From Takakia lepidozioides (lineage: Eukaryota > Plantae > Bryophyta): a stretch of DNA of 64,000 nt. Where the stretch lies: the NCBI GenBank assembly GCA_030704615.1, contig CM060732.1, positions 24,676,001 to 24,740,000 of the forward strand, in the 5' to 3' direction. Within the stretch, counting starts at the first letter, position 1; each line of letters begins with the position of its first letter. This document shows positions 1 through 13,011 of this stretch, one piece after another. Made by a program: the position numbers and the translations under genes. The notes beneath the pieces were generated by a model. That model was not told the origin of the DNA, did not search any database, and saw nothing but the letters and a program-made list of their open reading frames with translations.

Positions 1-3000
1 GCACTGAGAAAATAAAATTAAGTAGTGGTTTCGGAAGTGTGAGTTTTAATTTCGCATTGAGAAAATAAAATTAAGTAGTAGTTTCGGGAGTGAGAGTTTT
101 AATTTCAAACTGAGAAATAAAATTAAGTAGTAGTTGCAGGAGTGTGTTTTAATTTCGGACTGAGAAAATAAAATTAAGAAGTAGTTTCGGGAGTGAGAGT
201 TCTAATTTCCCACTGAGAAATAAAATTGAGTAGTAGTTGCAGGAGTGTGAGTTTTAATTTCGCGCTGAGAAAATAAAATTTAGTAGGAGTTTCGGGAGTG
301 AGAGTTTTAATTTCGCAATGAGAAAATAAATTTAGGTAGTAGTTACGGGAGTGAGAGTTTTAATTTCGCACTGAGAAATAAAATTAAGTAGTAGTTGCAG
401 GAGTGTGTTTTAATTTCGGACTGAGAAAATAAAATTAAGAAGTAGTTTCGGGAGTGAGAGTTCTAATTTCCCACTGAGAAATAAAATTGAGTAGTAGTTG
501 CAGGAGTGTGTTTTAATTTCGCACTGAGAAAATAAATTTAAGTAGGAGTTTCGGGAGTGAGAGTTTTAATTTCGCAATGAAAAAATAAAAATAAGTAGTA
601 GTTTCGGAAGTGAGAGTTTTAATTTCGCACTCAGAAAATAAAATTAAGTAGTAGTGAGAGTTTTAATTTTGCACTGAGCAAATAAAATTAAGTAGTAGTT
701 TCGGGAGTGAGAGTTTTTAATTTCGCACTGAGAAATAAAATTAAGTAGTAGTTTCGGGAGTGAGAGTTTTAATTTCGCACAGAGAAATAAAAGTAAGTAG
801 AAGTTGCACGAGGGTGAGATTTAATTTCGCACTGAGAAATAAAATTAAGTAGTAGTTTCGGGAGTGAGAGTTTTAATTTCGAACTGAGAAATAAAATTAA
901 GTAGTAGTTTCGGGAGTGAGAGTTTTAATTTCGCACAGAGAAATAAAAGTAAGTAGAAGTTGCACGAGGGTGAGATTTAATTTTGCACTGAGAAATAAAA
1001 TTAAGTAGTAGTTTCGGGAGTGAGAGTTTTAAATTCGCACTGAGAAATAAAATTGAGTAGTAGTTGCAGGAGTGTGAGATTTAATTTCGCACTGAAAAAT
1101 AAAATTCAGTAGTAGTTTCGGGAGTGAGAGTTTTAATTTCGAGTTGAGAATTAAAATTAAGTAGTAGTTGCGGGAGTGTGAGTTTTAATTTGGCACTGAG
1201 AAAATAAAATTAAGTAGTAGTTTCGGAAATGAGAGTTTTAATTTCGCACTGAGAAAATAAAATAAAGTAGGAGTTTCGGGTGTGAGAGTTTTACTTTCGT
1301 TCTGAGAAAAGAAAATTTAAGTTGGAGTTTTCGGAGTGAGTTATAATTTTGCACTGAGAAAATAAAATTAAGTAGTAGTTTCGGGAGTGAGAGTTTTAAT
1401 TTCGAACCGAGAAATAAAAGTAAGTAGTAGTTGCCGGAGTGTGAGTTTTAATTTCGCACTGAGAAAATAAAATTAAGTAGTAGTTTTGGAAGTGAGAATT
1501 TTAATTTCGCACTGAGAAAATAAAATTAAGTAGTAGTTTCGGGAGTGAGAGTTTTAATTTCGCAATGAGAAAATAAAATTAAGTAGTAGTTGCGGGAGTG
1601 AGAGTTTTAATTTCGCACTCAGAAAATAAAATTAAGTAGTAGTTTCGGGAGTGAGAGTTTTAATTTTGAACTGAGAAAATAAAATTAAGTAGTAGTTTCG
1701 GAAGTGAGAGTTTTAATTTCGCACTGAGAAAATAAAAATAAGTAGTATTTTCGGAAGTGAGAGTTTTAATTTCGCACTCAGAAAATAAAATTAAGTAGTA
1801 GTTTCGGGAGTAAGAGTTTTAATTTCGCACTGAGAAAATAAAAGTAAGTAGTACTTGCCGGAGTGTGAGTTTTAATTTCGCACTGAGAAAATAAAATTAA
1901 GTAGTAGTTTTGGAAGTAAGACTTTTAATTTCGCACTGAGAAATAAAATTGAGTAGTAGTTGCAGGAGTGTGAGATTTAATTTCGCACTGAAAAATAAAA
2001 TTCAGTAGTAGTTTCGGGAGTGAGAGTTTTAATTTCGAGTTGAGAATTAAAATTAAGTAGTAGTTGCGGGAGTGTGAGTTTTAATTTGGCACTGAGAAAA
2101 TAAAATTAAGTAGTAGTTTCGGAAATGAGAGTTTTAATTTCGCACTGAGAAAATAAAATAAAGTAGGAGTTTCGGGTGTGAGAGTTTTACTTTCGTTCTG
2201 AGAAAAGAAAATTTAAGTTGGAGTTTTCGGAGTGAGTTATAATTTTGCACTGAGAAAATAAAATTAAGTAGTAGTTTCGGGAGTGAGAGTTTTAATTTCG
2301 AACCGAGAAATAAAAGTAAGTAGTAGTTGCCGGAGTGTGAGTTTTAATTTCGCACTGAGAAAATAAAATTAAGTAGTAGTTTTGGAAGTGAGAATTTTAA
2401 TTTCGCACTGAGAAAATAAAATTAAGTAGTAGTTTCGGGAGTGAGAGTTTTAATTTCGCACTCAGAAAATAAAATTAAGTAGTAGTTTCGGGAGTGAGAG
2501 TTTTAATTTCGCACTGAGAAAATAAAATTAAGCAGTACTTGCCGGAGTGTGAGTTTTAATTTCGCACTGAGAAAATAAAATTAAGTAGTAGTTTTGGAAG
2601 TAAGACTTTTAATTTCGCACTGAGAAAATAAAATTAAGTAGTAGTTTCGGGAGTGAGAGTTTTAATTTTGCAATGAGAAAATAAAATTAAGTAGTAGTTG
2701 CGGAAGTGAGAGTTTAAATTTCGCACTGGGAAAATAAAATTAAGTAGTAGTTTCGGGAGTGAGAGTTTTAATTTCGCACTCAGAAAATAAAATTAAGTAG
2801 TAGTTTCGGGAGTGAGAGTTTTAATTTCCCACTGAGAAATAAAATTAAGTAATAGTTTCGGGAGTGAGAATTTTAATTTCGCAATGAGAAAATAAAATTA
2901 AGTAGTAGTTGCGGGAGTGAGAGTTTTAATTTCGCACTCAGAAAATAAAATTAAGTAGTAGTTTCGGGAGTGAGAGTTTTAATTTCCCACTGAGAAATAA

Positions 3001-5500
3001 AATTAAGTAATAGTTGCGGGAGTGAGAGTTTTAATTTCGCACTGAGAAATAAAATTGAGTAGTAGTTGCAGGAGTGTGAGTTTTAATTTCGCACTGAGAA
3101 ATAAAATTAAGTAGTAGTTTTGGAAATGAGAGTTTTAATTTCGCACTCAGAAAATAAAATTAAGTAGTAGTTTCGGGAGTGAGAGTTTTAATTTCGCACT
3201 GAGAAAATAAAATTATGTAGGAGTTTCGGGAGTGAGTTTTAATTTCGCAATGAGAAAATAAAATTAAGTAGTAGTTTCGGGAGTGAGAGTTTTAATTTCG
3301 CCACTGAGAAATAAAATTCAGAAGTAGTTGCAGGAGTGAGAGTTTTAATTTCGCGCTGAGAAAATAAAATTAAATAGTAGTTTCGGGAGTGAGAGTTTTA
3401 ATTTCGCACTGAGAAATAAAATTGAGTAGTAGTTGCAGGAGTGTGAGTTTTAATTTCGCACTGAGAAAATAAAATTAAGTAGTAGTTTTGGAAATGAGAG
3501 TTTTAATTTCGCACTCAGAAAATAAAATTAATTAGTAGTTTCGGGAGTGAGAGTTTTAATTTCGCAATGAGAAAATAAAATTAAGTAGTAGTTGCGGGAG
3601 TGAGAGTTTTAATTTCGCACTGAGAAAATAAAATTATGTAGGAGTTTCGGGAGTGAGTTTTAATTTCGCACTGAGAAAATAAAATTTAGTAGTTTCGGGA
3701 GTGAGAGTTTTAATTTCCCACTGAGAAATAAAATTCAGAAGTAGTTGCAGGAGTGAGAGTTTTAATTTCGCAATGAGAAATAAAATTAAGTAGTAGTTGC
3801 AGGAGTGTGAGTTTTAATTTTGCACTGAGAAAATAAAATTAAGTAGCAGTTTCGGAAGTGAGAGTTTTAATTTCGCACTGAGAAAATAAAATTAAGTAGG
3901 AGTTTCGGAAGTGAGAGTTTTAATTTCACAATGAGAAAATAAAATTAAGTAATAGTTGCGGGAGTGAGAGTTTTAATTTCGCATTCAGAAAATAAAATTA
4001 AGTAGTACTTTCAGGAGTGAGAGTTTTAATTTCACACTGAGAAATAAAATTAAGTAGTAGTTTCGGGAGTGAGACTTTTAATTTCGCACTGAGAAATAAA
4101 ATTGAGTAGTAGTTGCATGAGTGTGAGTTTTAATTTCGCGCTGAGAAAATAAATTTTAGTAGGAGTTTCGGGAGTGAGAGTTTTAATTTCGCAATGAGAA
4201 AATAAAATTAAGTAGTAGTTTCGGGAGTGAGAGTTTTAATTTCGCACTGAGAAATAAAATTGAGTAGTAGTTGCAGGAGTGTGAGTTTTAATTTCGCACT
4301 GAGAAAATAAAATAAAGTAGTAGTTTCGGGAGTGAGACTTTTAATTTCGCATTGAGAAATAAAATTGAGTAGTAGTTGCAGGAGTGTGAGTTTTAATTTC
4401 GCACTGAGAAAATAAAATTTAGTAGTAGTTTCGGGAGTGAGAGTTTTAATTTCGCAATGAGAAAATAAAATTAAGTAGTAGTTTCGGGAGTGAGAGTTTT
4501 AATTTCGCACTGAGAAAATAAAATTAAGTAGGAGTTTCGGGAGTGAGTTTTAATTTCGCACTGAGAAAATAAAATTAAGTAGTAGTTTCGGGAGTGAGAG
4601 TTTTAATTTCCCACTGAGAAATAAAATTCAGAAGTAGTTGCAGGAGTGAGAGTTTTAATTTCGCGCTGAGAAAATAAAATTAAATAGTAGTTTCGGGAGT
4701 GAGAGTTTTAATTTCGCACTGAGAAAATAAAATTAAGTAGCAGTTTCGGAAGTGAGAGTTTTAATTTCGCACTGAGAAAATAAAATTAAGTAGGAGTTTC
4801 GGAAGTGAGAGTTTTAATTTCACAATGAGAAAATAAAATTAAGTAATAGTTGCGGGAGTGAGAGTTTTAATTTCGCATTCAGAAAATAAAATTAAGTAGT
4901 AGTTTCAGGAGTGAGAGTTTTAATTTCACACTGAGAAAATAAAATTAAGTAGGAGTTTCGGGAGTGAGTTTTAATTTCGCACTGAGAAAATAAAATTAAG
5001 TAGTAGTTTCGGGAGTGAGAGTTTTAATTTTGCACTGAGAAATAAAATTAGGTAGTAGTTGCAGGAGTGTGAGTTTTAATTTCGCACTGAGAAAATAAAA
5101 TTAAGTAGTAGTTTCGGAAGTGAGAGTTTTAATTTCGCACTGAGAAAATAAAATTAAGTAGTAGTTTCGGGAGTGAGCGTTTTAATTTCGCATTGAGAAA
5201 ATAAAATAAAATAGTAGTTTCGGGAGTGAGAGTTTTAATTTCGCACTGAGAAAATAAAATGAAGTAGGAGTTTCGGGAGTGAGAGTTTTAATTTCGCACT
5301 GAGAAAATAAAATGAAGTAGGAATTTCGGGAGTGAGAATTTTAAATTCGCACTGAGAAAATAAAATAAAGTAGGAGTTTCGGGTGTGAGAGTTATAATTT
5401 CGCACTGAGAAATTAAAATTAAGTAGGAGTTTGGGGAGTGAGAGTTTCAATTTCACATTGAGAAATTAAAGTTAAGTAGTAGTTTTGGGAGTGAGAGTTT
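1..5500. repeat. Tandem satellite array, 52-53 bp monomer, roughly 100 copies, runs off the window start
   Basis: The consensus GCACTGAGAAAATAAAATTAAGTAGTAGTTTCGGGAGTGAGAGTTTTAATTTC is repeated head-to-tail without unique spacers. The array ends abruptly near 5500. Confidence 0.98.
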
Positions 5501-6685
5501 CGTCTCGATAAATTATCCATGGGACGTGACAACCTTTAAGGTCTCTTGGAGTCTCAAAGGGGCTAGTATCAGGTGAGCATAGCGTGAGGAAATCCCACGC
5601 CTATAGGGTAACATGTTTATCATGATAGGGGTTACTTGTTTCTTAAGTGTTGCTTGTGAGGGCCAATGTGAGCAGTTTAAAACAGTTTCGCAAATTTTTT
5701 AGTTTCTCAATTTTCGTTTCGCTGAAGAATATTCGGAAGGCATCTTAGGAGTATGCAATATATTCGCTTGTGCTCACTTGCTACCCACCCTCCTTATGCG
5801 CATAGGTCTCCAAAACCTCCTATGCGTATGCACGTCCCACCATTGCATCTACTCCACGATACAAACAACCAAGTGTTACCATCATATATTCAGGCAAAGA
5901 GAAAACAACCAAGTGCCACCAACGCATTCTATTCCACAATATTACAGGCAAGGAGAAAACAACCAAGTCCCAGCCCTGCACACGCAACCCTATATCAAAA
6001 CCACCTTTTGAATGATTTTTTAAAATTTTCAATCGGATAGTGCTTTTGCCATTCCTTGGGGCTCCAATCCCAGCTCCACTACGTCGCGGTAAGTGAGTTT
6101 CATATTAATGTAACGAGCATAGTGTTAACATCTATTCCAACCATCCAATGGTAATCCAAAACAACATGGCAATATGATTTTACTTACATTGCGTGATTAT
6201 TCAACTTATAAATTAAGTTATGTATTGTTTGTGTGCGATATCTTGGTCATATTAAACCTGTTTGACGTAAGTTAGTTTTTAGGAGGAGAGCATCATGGCT
6301 CACAATGCTATCCACCTAGATATGGTTTTTAGTTTTGGCCCCTTGCTAAAAATCTATAGATTTTTCCAAAGTGGATTGGTTTTTTTCCTTATTTAAATAT
6401 TATATTTTGAATGTGTGAATTGTTTTTTGTACTATTTAAGCCACTAGTAAATGATATTTTAGAGTTGTTGTATCCAACTATTTATACATTGGAATTGTTC
6501 TACAAGAAACAAATTGCTTTGAGAAATTTGTCGCTGCAATTAACTCTCAAAATATCATTAGTAGGGAGTTTTATTTAGATATAGGATAGGGATGGCTTCC
6601 AAATCCAGTATAATGACATAACTTATTGATGGTACAAATAGACTTGAGCAACATAGCTTATACTTGACTTAACTTTCATCCTTAA

Positions 6686-7101
6686 CCCTTAAGTTCCCAA
6701 GCCCTTTTTTGACTGGTACCCAGCTGCAGTTAATTGCCCCTAGAAACCTACCAAAAATCATCCGGAGATTCCAGCCTTATAGCAATGGGCCCAGCTCATT
6801 TATGCATGACATACCAAAAAATGAGCCAAGTCCACCCTGGACATTGTGAGATTATAGCGTTGGCCCGGACCTCAAATATCAGGTCCCAAAGAAAAAGTGA
6901 GAAAGAAATTGGTCACCAAATCAAAACCAGCTTTAGGTCGTAGATTTTGGTTTTTTTAAATTTTGTTTTTTGCATCATACTCAAGACAAATCCCTTGTCA
7001 TTAAAGCTTCAGGAGTGGGCCCCATCAGATTAGATCTGCAAAAATTAGGTCAAACTGCAAATTCAAAGTGACCCGATTAAGGTCGCTTGGGAACTTAAGG
7101 G
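6686..7101. mobile_element. Non-autonomous piggyBac-type MITE (416 bp)
   Basis: Perfect 17 bp TIRs CCCTTAAGTTCCCAAGC (6686-6702) and GCTTGGGAACTTAAGGG (7085-7101), flanked by TTAA on both sides (6682-6685, 7102-7105). No coding capacity. Confidence 0.8.
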
Positions 7102-7329
7102 TTAAGTTTGGCTTGATACGGTTATAATAAAAACTGTCACTGATATTTAGCAAAAAAAAAATTCGCATAATTCATTATCTCTAATTATAGCTGTCATTGT
7201 CTGGAAGACCAAAAAACCGATTGTTCAACTTTTATTTCATTGATTCTCCAATCTGAAATCTACACTTGTTCATTTCTTGTAATCTACTACTACAAATGAG
7301 GTACAAATGCTCAATACAAATATCAATCT

Positions 7330-10170
7330 ATGAAGCGAGACATTTGTTTGTTTGTTTTGTTTTGTTTTGTAGCGTTGAGATGTCCCAAACCGCAAGGCCT
7401 CAGCGCTGGTGCTTGGTACCGTTGGAAAGCCCTCGACGAGGAGGGGTGCACCGGCTTGGTCTCATGGTTTTTGGACATGCGGTGTGGGAGATATGGAATT
7501 CCAAGTACTTTTGGTCATTAGAAATTCACAAAAAATAGCAAAAAATGGCAAAGTGGGCATTCCTTGGACAATGGTTGGAGCCTTCACGAGAGAGATATCA
7601 CGGGAAAGGTCTCCGGTTCAAATCTGGTCGTAGGCTCTGTGGAAAAAAACTTACTTAGATGACATTGGAAAAAAATGATTAGACTTGGATGACTTAGATG
7701 ACATTGGACACTTGGGCCAACGGCACAGGCTACCCTGGAGGTCATACTTGGCCCTAGACATAGCAGACACACTTGAATGCATAGGAGATTGCACTTGGGC
7801 TTACATGACCTTGGACACTTGGGCCAACGGCACAGGCCACACATGGGCCAATCGCGCAGGCTACCCTAGGCCTAGATCTCCCAAAGAGGAGGGTCTCTAG
7901 ATACATAGGGGATTGCACTTGGACTTAGATGACACTGGACACTTGGGCCAATGGCACAGGCTACCCTAGTCAATATATGGAGCGAGACGTCCGTTTGTTT
8001 GTTTGTTTGTTTTTTTTTATTTTTTATTTTTTATTTTTTGGTTTTGTCACGTTGAGATGTCCCAAACCGCAAGGCCCCAGCGCGGCTGTTTGGTGCCGTT
8101 GGAAAGCCCTCGAGGAGGAGGGGTGCACCGGCTTGGTCTCATGATTTTTGGACATGCGGTGTGGGAGATGTGGAATTCCAAGTACTTTTGGTCGCTGGAA
8201 ATTCACAAAAAAATAGCAAATATGGCAAAGTGGGCATTCATGGGCAATGGTTGGAGCCTCAACGGGAGAGATATCAAGGAAAAGGTCAAGGGTTCAAATC
8301 TGGTAGTAGGCTCTCTAGAAAAAAAAATTGATTAGATATGGCTTGCTTCATATATTGATGCACTTGGACTTGGAAAAAAAATACATTTGGACTTAGATGA
8401 CATTGGACCCTTGGGCCAGTGGCAGAGGCTACCCTACAGGTCGCACTTGGGCCTTGACATAGGAGAAGCACTTGCATACATAGGAGATTGCACTTGGGCT
8501 TAGATGACACTTGGGCCAATGGCATAGGCTACCCTAGAGCTGGGATTAGAGATGAGATATATCAATAATGATTGGATATTACTACTCAATAAATTCAGTA
8601 AACTAAATAAATGGGGCCTTGACATGGGAGACGCACTTGGATATATAGGAGATTGCACATTGGGCTTAGATGGGTCTCGTCATAAGAGACGCACATAGGA
8701 GACGCACATGGGAGGCGCCCTTGGATACATAGGATATCGCACTTGGGCTTAGATGACAGTGGACACTTGGGCCTCTACATGGGAGACGCCCTTGGATACA
8801 TAGGAGATTGCATTTGGGCCAATGGCACAGGCTGCCCTAGTCAATATATAGAACGAGACATTTGTTTTGTTTTGTTTTGTTTTGTCACGTTGAGATGTCC
8901 CAAACCGCAAGGCCCCAGCGCTGGTGCTTGATACCATTGGAAAGCCCTCGACGAGGAGGGGTGCACGGGCTTGGTCTCACGATTTTTGGACCTATGATGT
9001 GGGAGATGTGGAATTCCAAGTACTTTTAGTCGCTGGAAATTCACAAAAATTTTAGCAAAAATGGCAAAGTGGGCATTCCTGGGACAATGGTTGGAGCCTT
9101 GATAGGAGAGATATCAAAGGAAAGGTCTCCGGTTCAAATCTAGTCGTAGGCTCTGTGGAAAAAAATGCATTTGGACTTAGACACTTGGCCAAACGGCACA
9201 GGCTACCCTAGAGACGGATACATAGAAGATTGCACTTGGGCATATATGGGTCTTGACATAGGAGACGCATTGGGATACATATGAAATTGCAGTTGTTCTT
9301 AGATTTCACTTCTTAACACATGGGCCAACGGCACATGCTACCCTAGAGGTCGTACTTGGGCCTCGACATAGGAGACGGTGGGATACATAGGAGATCAGCT
9401 TACACCTGGGTTAGATGATCTCACTAGACACTTGGGCCAACGGCACATGCTACCCTAGAGGTCACACTTGGGCCTAGACATAGGAGACGCACTTGAATGC
9501 ATAGGAGATTGCACTGGGGTTTAGATGACTTGGACACTTGGGCCAACGGCATATGCTACCCTACCAATATATGAAGGAAGCCAGTTTATTTGTTTTGTTG
9601 TGTTTTGTTTTGTTTTGTCACGTTGAGATGTCCCAAACCGCAAGGCCCCAGCGCTGGTGCTTGGTACCGTTGGAAAGCCCTCGACGAGGAGGGGTGCACG
9701 GGCTTGGTCTCATGATTTCTGGACCTGCGGTGTAGGAGATGTGGAATTCCATTTTGGTCGTTGGAAATTCACAAAAAATAGCAAATGGTGGGCATTCATG
9801 GGACAATGATTGGAGCCTCGACGGGAGAGATATCAAGGGAAAGGTCTCCGGTTCAAATCTGGTCGTAGGCTCTATGGAAAAAAAAGATTAGATATGGGAT
9901 TGCACTTGGACTTAGATGACACTAGACACTTGGGCTTGTACATGGGAGATGCACTTGGGATACATGAATAGAAGATTGCATTTGGGCTTAGATTTCAATT
10001 CTTCATACTTGGGCCAACGGCATAGGCTACACTAGAGGTCGCACTTGGGCCTCGACATAGGAGACCCACTTGGATACCTAAGAAATTGCACTTGGGCTTA
10101 GATTTCAATTCTTCACACATGGGCCTTGACATAGGAGACGATATTTAAATATAAAGCGAGACGTTTGTTT
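7330..10170. repeat. Complex modular tandem repeat: four ~320 bp modules separated by variable arrays of short subrepeats
   Basis: The module (GTTTT)n-GTTGAGATGTCCCAAACCGCAAGG...GGTACCGTTGGAAAGCCCTCGACGAGGAGGGGTGCAC...GGTCGTAGGCTCT-poly(A) starts near 7335, 7985, 8855 and 9580. The spacers are built from GACACTTGGGCCAACGGCACAGGCTACCCTAG and CATAGGAGATTGCACTTGGGCTTAGATG units. Confidence 0.9.
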
Positions 10171-12259
10171 TGTTGGCTCCTCCCTCTAAGGGAGAGACCA
10201 CACATTGGTGCCAAAAATGAGTAAGATCCTAATGTACCTCCACTAGATAATACCTTCATGAAGCAGATAATCCTCCCCCACTTAAATGTTAGCTTAAATG
10301 TACCTTGATTGGATGGACCGGTCCTCGCAACCTCACGCGTGGACTGCGTAGAACTCACCCGCACACCTGGCGGCGTTTCGACTATGCTACCTATCTTTGT
10401 CGTTGACCCGACGTTGGGTGCATGGGCAGGTAAGACCCATAAATGAATCTTACACATGTAAATATTCATATGCTTATATAGGCTTATATGCATAGGCTTA
10501 TACTCAAGATATGCTTACTTATATAGGCTTCTATATATATATATATGCCGTAAAATAAAAAGCAGAAACTTAGAGATCAGAAAGTACTTACATTTTTAAG
10601 CAAAATAATTTTTGGATAAAAACAAAATAAAAGTGAAATGCTTTTAGCTTTTAAAAATTCATGATATATATTACAACACTATCACATTAATGCTATCCAA
10701 AATAAACTGAGTCTAAAATTTGTTGTATAATAATTCTGCGAGAAGTGCAGATATTTGAAAGTAATTTTATTTATTAAAAACTATAAAGATAAGAGCAAGG
10801 TTTAATTTCATTCATATATATATATATATATATATACGGGTGGGCCCGACATTCTGATTTTTTTTGTTTTGCTTTCTGATATTTTAGAGCTCAAAGAAAG
10901 AATTCAAAGAAAGCTATATGGTTGTTGTTTTTTTGTAGGGAAGACGTGTTGTGCGGGGATGCAGAATGGATTCTGCAGCGTCTTCGCTGAAAGGCTTTAG
11001 GTTTCTGTTCTTCAATATCTTAGGCTTGTTTCCTTGTCCATCACATCGACCAAAGTGAGAACTGTGGATTCACCTTTTTTTTGGGCCTCATTTTCTTCTC
11101 CAATTCCGAAGGGGTTTGCTTAAACGACATGAACATCTCTTTTTCATAATGGGCTTTGTAATGTAAGTCTGGGTGGATCTCTTGTGGTCTGAGTGTTTTG
11201 ACATGTTACAACTTCTGTGGTTGCAGGCAAATTTCTGAATAGCAAAATTAGGGATGAGGAGAATCTTTGAAATGAATATTTGTCAGATCAGTCAATGGTG
11301 GGATAATCTAGGCAAAAAGGTGAATGCCTCTGTTCTACTACAGTAGAAGCATACAAACAAGCATTGAAAATTTTGTCTCAAATTGTCATCTCCCTCTCCC
11401 TCACCCGCATTTTTCTAGTCTTACCAGCAATTCAGCATGTGAGCTACTTTTTGGTAGGTGGTGATGGTATTGGCTGTGTGGATAATGGGTAACGTTAGCT
11501 ACTTGCAACGAGGGGCAGATTCTAGGCATTTGTGTTGTGAAGGCATAGACAGCTGAAAGAGCCTGGATGCAGATCCATTTTGAAGGACCAGATTTCAAGC
11601 ACAAGAGAACCACCGAGTCACTGTGGATGGGTAGTTACAAGAAACCTCCAGGGGTAGATCCTTAACGGAGGAAGGGGTCACATAGTTGTTTGAATCACTA
11701 TGATGAATCCATTTGACAGAGGACCAATAGAGGGAGTCCACAAGAAATGTTCTAGCACCTGTAGGGATGTGAGGAAACTGTGTAATTGGTCAGATATAGG
11801 GTACAAACTTTAAACCAAGGAGACATTTCAGCAGATTCAAATGGCTACGATATTTCAGTACAACAAAATTTCAGTATTTCAGTATTTCCATCAAGATTTT
11901 CAGCAAGTATTTTAATATTTCAGCGAGTTTCTTACCAAGTATTTCAAGCAATATTTTAATATCTCAGCTAGTTCTTCAGCAAGTATTTCAGTATTCCAGT
12001 TAGTTTTTCAACAAGCATTTCAATACTTTTAATAATTAGTAAGTCTGAAGATCAGTGTTGTAATATGGTACATCAATATATAATTGATACATCAATAAAG
12101 TTCTGTGAGGGCCTTTCTATTTTATAAATAAAGTATTTTCCTCTTATGCAGAACATGTTTAAAATATACTTTGAATATATGATTATTTTATTTTAATTAT
12201 AATATTTTAAAGGAAATTTTCTACTTAGAGTCTTAGGGTGGAGCCATTACGCGACTAGC

Positions 12260-12610
12260 CGCTTGTTTTGTTTTGTTTTGTTTTGTAGAGTTGAGATATC
12301 CCAAACTGCAGGCCCCACCCTGATTGGTACCATTGGAAAGCCTTCGATGAGGAGGGGTGCACCGACTGAGTCTCATGATTTTTGGACCAGCGGTGTGGGA
12401 GATGTTGAATTTCAAGTAGTTTTGGTCTATGGAAATTCACAAAAAATATCAAAGTGAGCTTTCATGGGACAATGATGGGAGCCTCGAGTGGAGAGATGTC
12501 AAGGAAAGGTCTCGGGTTCAAATCAGGTCGTAGGTTCTATTAAAAATGATTAGACTTAGATGACTTAGATGACATTGGGCACTTGGGCCAACGACATAGG
12601 CTACCCTAGT
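12260..12610. repeat. Fifth, more diverged copy of the ~320 bp module
   Basis: Same (GTTTT)n-GTTGAGAT..CCCAAAC...GGTACCATTGGAAAGCC...GAGGAGGGGTGCAC core, followed by one CACTTGGGCCAAC..GGCTACCCTAG unit. Confidence 0.85.
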
Positions 12611-13011
12611 AGTTGTAAACTTCCACTATCCAATATATATATTGTGATTTGTCTAGTTGTGAGTAATACTATTAGGCCCCCGCCGCACCAGCCTGCTATC
12701 GCCTGCTACACTCTTACTAACTACAGCTACATAGAAAATTGCGGCCGCACTGACATGTTTAAAATGTTTTAGCCATAACCATAGTTATCTATCCTAAAAA
12801 CTTCCTTCCTACTTTAGAGCAAATTTAGCACTACCCAGTGCTAAATCTAAACAGGCGTGCCGTTTTTGGGCAGCTGCCCGCGCCATTCTCTGCCATCGCC
12901 ATTCCCATTCGCCATTTGCTTCTCATTCGCTCTTCCCTTCTCCTTCGCGCTCTCTTTTGGTTTTAGTTTCTCTTGCTTGAGTGCTCCTGTTCCCCTCTCC
13001 TGCATTGCATC

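Noticed and set aside
1-5500. CRISPR array
   Set aside because: Monomers are contiguous with no unique spacers, there are no cas genes, and the context is eukaryotic. It is a satellite.
7266-9836. Family of small proteins from repeated ORFs (MSQTARPQR...)
   Set aside because: The ORFs are by-products of the DNA repeat, and their frames and stops differ between copies.
10531-10835. (TA)n tracts as element boundaries
   Set aside because: These are simple microsatellites, and no TIRs were found between them.
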